64,000 bases of DNA from Candidatus Moraniibacteriota bacterium (GTDB lineage Bacteria > Patescibacteriota > Minisyncoccia > Moranbacterales > UBA2206), in contig JAUXSK010000018.1 of the NCBI GenBank assembly GCA_030679995.1, positions 121,492-185,491 on the forward strand. The letters run 5' to 3'. Below are positions 58,366 to 64,000 of this stretch, one piece after another; the stretch's first letter is position 1; every line of letters begins with the position of its first letter. The notes below the pieces were generated by a model, which made no database searches, was not told the DNA's origin, and was given only the letters and a program-made list of their open reading frames with translations. A program made the translations under genes and the position numbers.

Positions 58366-58644
58366 ATGAGAAAAACCAGATTGTTTTTTTGGGTGGTAAT
58401 ATTGATTTTTTTCGGGGCTATGTTGGAAGAAAGAAGGGTTGGCTTGAGGATTATCCCATTCCAATTCGCTTCGGATGCGGTATGCCTGATTCCGGCGGAG
58501 GCGGAATTGGTGGAAGCGGATTACGCTCTGGCGGGTTGCTACTATTATATCGGCGGAAAAAAGCATTTTTCTGCCGGATATGTCGTTGGCGATGCGGAAC
58601 CGCAGCGTAAAAACGCCTTTAAAATCGCGTTCAGCCAGCCGTAG
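58366..58644 (+). CDS. Hypothetical exported protein
   Basis: N-terminal hydrophobic segment; followed by terminator hairpin at 58654-58695. Confidence 0.4.
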   Translation: MRKTRLFFWVVILIFFGAMLEERRVGLRIIPFQFASDAVCLIPAEAELVEADYALAGCYYYIGGKKHFSAGYVVGDAEPQRKNAFKIAFSQP

Positions 58645-58830
58645 CGGGTTTATAGCCTATGGTTCCCTTTTGTGGAACCATAGGCTGATTTTTTTGTCCC
58701 GCAGGCACCCCTTTACAAAGCGCGCAGGGTATGCTATAGTGGTTTTAATCACAGTAGCGTGCAGCAGTAGCGTAGTCGAACTTTCTTTGCATTGCGGTAT
58801 GTGTATTTAATTAATTTGTACTATATCAAA

Positions 58831-59031
58831 ATGGCACAAGGAACAATCAAACGATTGACTGATCGTGGATTCGGATTCATCACACAAGATGGTGAAGACA
58901 AGGATCTATTCTTTCATGCAAAAGAACTACAAGGTGTAGAATTCAATGACCTGAAGGAAGGCGACCGTGTTCAATTCGAAGTTAGCGAAAGCCCGAAAGG
59001 ACCAAACGCTACCAACGTATCAAGAGTCTAG
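58831..59031 (+). CDS. cspA: Cold-shock protein
   Basis: RGFGFI (RNP1), LFFH (RNP2), KGPNATNV; 66 aa from ATG 58831. Confidence 0.95.
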   Translation: MAQGTIKRLTDRGFGFITQDGEDKDLFFHAKELQGVEFNDLKEGDRVQFEVSESPKGPNATNVSRV

Positions 59032-59042
59032 TTCGATTCGCG

Positions 59043-59082
59043 AACAAAAAAAAGCTCCGCTTCACGCGGAGCTTTTTTTGTT
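59043..59082 (+). terminator. Intrinsic terminator
   Basis: AAAAAAAGCTCCGC-TTCAC-GCGGAGCTTTTTTT. Confidence 0.9.
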
Positions 59083-59156
59083 TGCCAAGAGGTATTGATT
59101 AATTGGATAAAACGGAGTAAGATGCTAGGATTGCAATATTAGGAAAATCTGTATGG

Positions 59157-59207
59157 TTGTCATCCGAACTGAGCAATGCGGATTCCGGATCAAGTCCGGA
59201 ATGACAA
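59157..59207. repeat. REP-like palindromic element
   Basis: TTGTCAT...ATGACAA inverted ends with internal ATTCCGGA-TCAAG-TCCGGAAT palindrome. Confidence 0.55.
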
Positions 59208-59224
59208 TTTTAGATAATATTATT

Positions 59225-60553
59225 ATGAAAAGCAAAATTGAAAAATTCGATATCATGGTGATCGGCGGCGGGCCGGCCGGTATGATGGCGGCCGGACGGG
59301 CGGCTGAACTCGGCGCACACGTGGCCTTGCTTGAAAAAAACGGCAGTCTGGGCAGGAAACTGTTGATTACCGGCAAAGGGCGCTGTAATCTGACGCAGGC
59401 GGAATTCGATGATAAGGAAATCATCAAGAAATTCGGCAGGAATGGAAAATTTTTATTTTCTGCTTTGGCCGCTTTCGGCCCGGAAGAAGTAATCAGATTT
59501 TTCGAAGACCGGACAGTGCCGGTCAAAATCGAAAGGGGCGGGCGGGTTTTCCCGAAATCGGATCGGGCGCAGGATGTGTTGCGGGCGTTGGAAAGATATC
59601 TGGAAACCAGGCCTGTCGGAAATCCGGAAAACAAAGTGGAAATAATTTATGACGCCGATGTGGCTGGCTTTGATGTGGCGCCAGCGGCCAGCGGGGGAAA
59701 AATTGCCAGCGTGAAATTGGCTGAGAAGGGATATATGTCGGCGGAAAAACAAGCTATGATGCCGGCAAGAAGGATTTACGCGGATAAATTCATTATCTGC
59801 ACCGGCGGAAAATCTTATCCGGCGACCGGTTCGACAGGGGATGGTTATCAGTGGGCTAAAAATTTGGGTCACAAAATAATCCCGCCTGCGCCGGCGCTGG
59901 TGCCGGTCAAAACCAAGGAGGCTTGGGTCAAGGATGTGCAGGGATTAAGCTTGAAAAACGTAACCATCGATTTATGGCAGGATAATAAAAAACAAGATTC
60001 GCGTTTCGGCGAAATGATGTTCGCGCATTTCGGTCTGACCGGCCCGATCGTGCTGGATCTCAGCAAGAAGATCGGCGAGCTGATGGAAAAGGGCGAGGTT
60101 GCCATCGCTATCGATTTGAAGCCGGCGCTGGACCACGACCAATTGGACGCGCGTTTGCAAAGGGATTTTAAGGAAAACAGCAATAAGGATTTCATCAATT
60201 ATCTGCCGGAATTGTTGCCGCAAAAAATTATCGCCATCATCATAAATTTGTCCGGCATCGATCCGCGCAAAAAAATAAATTCAGTCACCAAAGAAGAGCG
60301 GAAAAAATTGGTCGGATTGCTCAAGGACCTGCGTCTGACGGCCGATGGCACGACCGGTTACAACCAGGCCATCGTTACTAGCGGCGGCGTGGATACTAAG
60401 GAAGTGGATCCTAAGACGATGCGTTCGCGGATTGTCGACAATCTTTTCTTGGCCGGCGAGATTCTGGATTTGGACGGGCCGACCGGCGGATATAATTTGC
60501 AGATGTGCTGGAGCACGGGTTACGCGGCCGGGACATACGCGGCAAGGCCTTGA
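59225..60553 (+). CDS. HI0933/YhiN (BaiN-like) flavoprotein
   Basis: GGGPAGMMAA, GRKLLITGKGRCNLT, GGKSYPATGSTGDG, GEILDLDGPTGGYNLQ motifs. Confidence 0.93.
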   Translation: MKSKIEKFDIMVIGGGPAGMMAAGRAAELGAHVALLEKNGSLGRKLLITGKGRCNLTQAEFDDKEIIKKFGRNGKFLFSALAAFGPEEVIRFFEDRTVPVKIERGGRVFPKSDRAQDVLRALERYLETRPVGNPENKVEIIYDADVAGFDVAPAASGGKIASVKLAEKGYMSAEKQAMMPARRIYADKFIICTGGKSYPATGSTGDGYQWAKNLGHKIIPPAPALVPVKTKEAWVKDVQGLSLKNVTIDLWQDNKKQDSRFGEMMFAHFGLTGPIVLDLSKKIGELMEKGEVAIAIDLKPALDHDQLDARLQRDFKENSNKDFINYLPELLPQKIIAIIINLSGIDPRKKINSVTKEERKKLVGLLKDLRLTADGTTGYNQAIVTSGGVDTKEVDPKTMRSRIVDNLFLAGEILDLDGPTGGYNLQMCWSTGYAAGTYAARP

Positions 60554-60720
60554 GGCGATTTTGCGCCGCAGGCCAGCCGATGTCCGGACGCGGATATGCG
60601 ATATGTCCGGCATTGTATTTTTTTTGCGGAAATGGTAGATTGAATAGGTTATTTTTCTTTTGATATTACGAGCGGCATAGATGGGATATGCGTCTCCGCT
60701 TGCAGGTATCGCTAAAACAA

Positions 60721-62484
60721 ATGGATAAAAATATTAGAAACTATTTAGTGGCCGCTTTGGGAATTTCAGCGGTCTGGTCTGTCTCCAATTTCGGAGGAAG
60801 GATTTATCAGGCCTTGGAACACAATCACGAACATGGGATGTTAGTCGCCTTTTTCGTTTTAGCGGCTTTGTTTATGTTGAGCTTCATAGTTTTCTATCTG
60901 TCACATCTGGTCAAATTGCCGTCTTTCATTTTGGCGATTTTCTTGGGCTTGGCAGCTAAACCATTATTGACGCCCATACTCGATAATGATGAGCTTTTGG
61001 GTGTGATCGTGAGTTTCGGCGCCACTCTGATATTGTTCGCGGGAGGATTGGAAACGCCTTTCGCCAACTTCAAAAAATTGATTTGGAAAATATTTTCCGT
61101 TTCATTCGTCGGCCTGCTTGTCACGGCTTTCCTGTTTTCCTGGACCATCTGGTTCTTAGGGGGGATTTTCGGATTGGAAATATCCGTCCTGGCTTCCGTC
61201 CTGCTTGGAGCTTTGTTGGCTTCGACTGATCCAGCGGCGATTATTCCGGTTTTGAAAAGGCTGCGTTTCCATAACCGCTCTATCAAAGATATCATCGTTT
61301 CGGAAAGCGCCGTTACGGATGTGGTGGGCACTTTACTGACGGTGGTTTTTTTGTCGTTGGCGGTAGGCGGAGGCCTTTCCGGCGGGATCAATCAATGGTA
61401 TCAGGCTATTTTCAACTATGGAAGCATGGTAGTATTGGCAGCCCAACTTTTTTTCGGGGCGTTGCTGGGTTTGGCGGGTTATTTTTTTCTGGAACTTCTT
61501 TTGCGCGCCAAGCACCTGTATGGGGAAGAATTTGAAGCGGATGCCGCTTTTTTCATCTCGGTGCCGGTCATCATTTTTACCGGCGCTATCTTTTTCGGCG
61601 GCAGCGGATATTTGGCTGCTTTCATAGCGGGATTGATTTTCCATATCACCGAACATTTGAGCGAGACTGAGAGATTTTTTAATAACCTAGTGGATGGTTT
61701 CCTGAAGCCGATCATATTCATCCTATTGGGAGCTTTGGTCGATCCGGTGCAGCTGCTGACATATGCGCCGATCGGCATCGTGGCCGCCTTGATATTCATG
61801 TTCATCATCCGTCCCGTAGCGGTATTCGTTTCCTTGGGCGGCTTCCATTTTTTCGGACGGGAAAAATTGAGTTGGCGTGACCTGCTGTTCATTTCTTTCG
61901 TGCGTGAGACTGGCGCCATCCCGGCCGTGTTGATGGTGACCATCATCAGCTTGGGATTGGCAGGTATGCGGGGCTTAGTCGAGATAGGTATGTGGACGAT
62001 CCTCCTGACTTTGATCATCGAGCCGTTGCTGACGCCGTTCGTCGCTAAATATCTCCAGGTGGCCGAAGAAATGAAGGACCGGACCAAGGCGCCTTTGAAT
62101 AAAAAATCCACAGTCGTTTTGGTTACGCGAGGCGAATCTTTCCTGGACAGGATGCCGTATGTGGCCAAATGGGCCTCGAAACATTCGATCAGTGATGTCG
62201 CGGTTATGCTATGTTTGGAAAATAAATATTCGGCCGCGCTGGAGAAAGATATCAAAGCGAAAGCGCAAGTGGCTTTCGCGCGGGAAACCGGAGAACTTAA
62301 GAAAAAATCCTTGGATCATATCGATTTCACTTTCATAAGCCGCAAGGGGTCGCTGCATGAAAACATCGACAATCTGGCGAAGACCGATAATAAGGTCGTG
62401 GCTATATTTGTAGGTAAGAAGATGCTTGATTACCGCTTGTCCGAGATAAAACAATTGGCCGTCCCGTTCTACTTTATGGATTAA
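60721..62484 (+). CDS. Cation:proton antiporter (CPA1, NhaP-like) with C-terminal soluble domain
   Basis: ILFAGGLE, ASTDPAA, ESAVTD, SGYLAAFIAG, IRP motifs. Confidence 0.88.
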   Translation: MDKNIRNYLVAALGISAVWSVSNFGGRIYQALEHNHEHGMLVAFFVLAALFMLSFIVFYLSHLVKLPSFILAIFLGLAAKPLLTPILDNDELLGVIVSFGATLILFAGGLETPFANFKKLIWKIFSVSFVGLLVTAFLFSWTIWFLGGIFGLEISVLASVLLGALLASTDPAAIIPVLKRLRFHNRSIKDIIVSESAVTDVVGTLLTVVFLSLAVGGGLSGGINQWYQAIFNYGSMVVLAAQLFFGALLGLAGYFFLELLLRAKHLYGEEFEADAAFFISVPVIIFTGAIFFGGSGYLAAFIAGLIFHITEHLSETERFFNNLVDGFLKPIIFILLGALVDPVQLLTYAPIGIVAALIFMFIIRPVAVFVSLGGFHFFGREKLSWRDLLFISFVRETGAIPAVLMVTIISLGLAGMRGLVEIGMWTILLTLIIEPLLTPFVAKYLQVAEEMKDRTKAPLNKKSTVVLVTRGESFLDRMPYVAKWASKHSISDVAVMLCLENKYSAALEKDIKAKAQVAFARETGELKKKSLDHIDFTFISRKGSLHENIDNLAKTDNKVVAIFVGKKMLDYRLSEIKQLAVPFYFMD

Positions 62485-62603
62485 CATATTTGGGTTCTTG
62501 ATTGACAACTGTTGGCGCGATAGCTATACTCGACCGTTGTAACCATTAAGCTGGCGCAGGCGAAGCCAATTTGGCAAGTTTCCGCCATAAACCGGCAAAA
62601 ACA

Positions 62604-63158
62604 ATGGAGAAAGAAGATCGACAATTGATTGCGGATTTTCTGGGCGGGGAAGACGCGGCTTTCGAACGGCTGGTCGGCCGTTATTTGAAACCGGTTTACA
62701 ATTTTTTATATCAATTCACCCAGGACAGGGACTCGCTGGACGATTTGGCGCAGGAAACTTTCATCAAGGCTTGGAAGAATATCAAAAAATTCGATCCGGA
62801 AAAAGGTTTCAAAACCTGGATTTTCATTATCGCCAAAAACACGGCCTATGATTTTTTTAAAAAGAAAAAAACCTTGCCATTTTCCAATTTTATTGATGGG
62901 GAAGGAAATAATAAATTGGAAAATATAGTCGAGGACGGTCCTCGACTGGAAGAAGTCTTGGCTGGCAATGATTCGGCGCGAGAGCTGGAAAAGAAGTTGC
63001 AAGAAATTCCGGATAATTACCGTGTCCTTCTGATGATGCGGTACAAGGATGATTTTTCCTTGCAAGAAATCGCCCAAATTCTTGACCTGCCTTACAATAC
63101 CGTCAAAAGCCAGCACGCCAGGGCCTTGGCGAGCCTCAAGAAGATCTGGCCGGCCTGA
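62604..63158 (+). CDS. ECF (group 4) sigma-70 factor
   Basis: DDLAQETFIKAW, FKTWIFIIAKN (region 2), SLQEIAQILDLPYNTVKS (region 4). Confidence 0.92.
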   Translation: MEKEDRQLIADFLGGEDAAFERLVGRYLKPVYNFLYQFTQDRDSLDDLAQETFIKAWKNIKKFDPEKGFKTWIFIIAKNTAYDFFKKKKTLPFSNFIDGEGNNKLENIVEDGPRLEEVLAGNDSARELEKKLQEIPDNYRVLLMMRYKDDFSLQEIAQILDLPYNTVKSQHARALASLKKIWPA

Positions 63159-63482
63159 TCTATCGATCCGTAAAATTCGACCGATCCGAAATTTTCCCAA
63201 CGTGTCATCTTCACACGGCCGTGCGAAGATGACACATCGATTAAAAAGGCTGAAAGCCGGATTGCCAAACGGGCGAAAAGAAGATGTGTGTCCTTTGCGG
63301 GCGCATTTTTTCTTTTTATTCTGGATGGGATTGGAACTTTTCGCATGTTGCATAAATACAAACATCTGCTATGATAGAGGACTGCTTTTGGGCAGGATGT
63401 ATTTTTAAAAATTGAGGCTTAAAACAACTGCTTTTCAGATATGAAATAAATCATCGATCAAGAACATCAAGAGGAGGGCAAA

Positions 63483-63920
63483 ATGATTGCGGAAAAATTG
63501 CTTGAAAGGGTTATCGCGGAAGGCAAAGTTTTTAAAGTTGGAAATAGTTTCTTTTTTGCCGCGCAAATACCGGACGATTCGGTGGGATGTAGCGGTTCTC
63601 GTTGTTCATGTTGCAATGGCAAAGTAGCTTATTGCAATCATGTGTGCAAACATTGCGGATTGCCTTTTGTCGGTCCGTGTGGTTTTCCGCAATTGCCGCA
63701 TTGGGAGGCTATGTCTATCGATATGAGGATAGATATGGTCGAGATGGTTTTTAATCAAAAAGATAGAAGAGGACGTCTTGAATATGCAGGGGTCAAATTT
63801 TTTCCACTAACCCCCAGCGAATTGCTTGAGGTTGAGGATCCGGATAAGCAAGCCGCCTGGTCATTTCATGATATCCATGGCGTGTATCCGTATGAGATCA
63901 GGGCAAAACTTATGGGTTGA
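63483..63920 (+). CDS. Hypothetical Cys-rich (double zinc-ribbon-like) protein
   Basis: SD GAGGAGG; CSCC...CKHCG motifs. Confidence 0.6.
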   Translation: MIAEKLLERVIAEGKVFKVGNSFFFAAQIPDDSVGCSGSRCSCCNGKVAYCNHVCKHCGLPFVGPCGFPQLPHWEAMSIDMRIDMVEMVFNQKDRRGRLEYAGVKFFPLTPSELLEVEDPDKQAAWSFHDIHGVYPYEIRAKLMG

Positions 63921-63977
63921 ATCAGCCGAACTGACCGTTCAACACAAGATTAAAACAATAATATTGAGGAGGTTAAG

Positions 63978-64000
63978 ATGTATAGTCTGGAAAACATAAG
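63978..64000 (+). CDS. Start of a gene running off the window end
   Basis: SD GAGGAGGT then ATG; open to the window edge. Confidence 0.5.

Noticed and set aside
1-64000. CRISPR arrays, rRNA/tRNA genes, transposases, integrases, defence systems
   Set aside because: None recognised by eye; dedicated tools (tRNAscan-SE, CRISPR and defence-system finders) were not run.

Overview
Gene-dense bacterial chromosomal window. It is probably from a Patescibacteria/CPR (Parcubacteria-like) genome; this is inferred from A/U-rich core-gene starts without a Shine-Dalgarno (SD) sequence, many small unknown genes, and an RND pump with no TolC gene beside it. It encodes an ABC exporter, a Nudix protein, a large beta-propeller surface protein, an ArsR metal-resistance operon, SAM-I-riboswitch-controlled metK, an RND pump, Zur-znuACB, purC, cysteine synthase, an ABC-2 transporter, a glycosylation cassette, ABC-F, CspA, an HI0933 flavoprotein, a CPA1 antiporter and an ECF sigma factor. 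The main finding is an 18.5-kb locus (20.3-38.9 kb) of three operons: glycan synthesis/export, a GH81 + cellulose-synthase-like glucan operon, and a TasA/SipW protein-fibre operon. Each operon has its own sigma70 promoter and a covarying copy of a c-di-GMP-II-like riboswitch with an extra insert and an overlapping terminator (predicted ON switch). This looks like a riboswitch-controlled biofilm-matrix regulon. Other notable items: a leaderless Cys-Cys leader-peptide attenuator before cysteine synthase, two diverged 66-69 bp direct repeats that look like recombination scars, an unannotated 52-aa basic protein, and a CsoSCA-like carbonic anhydrase with no carboxysome genes nearby. No rRNA, tRNA, CRISPR array, integrase or transposase was recognised. 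All family assignments come from motif recognition by eye, not database searches.
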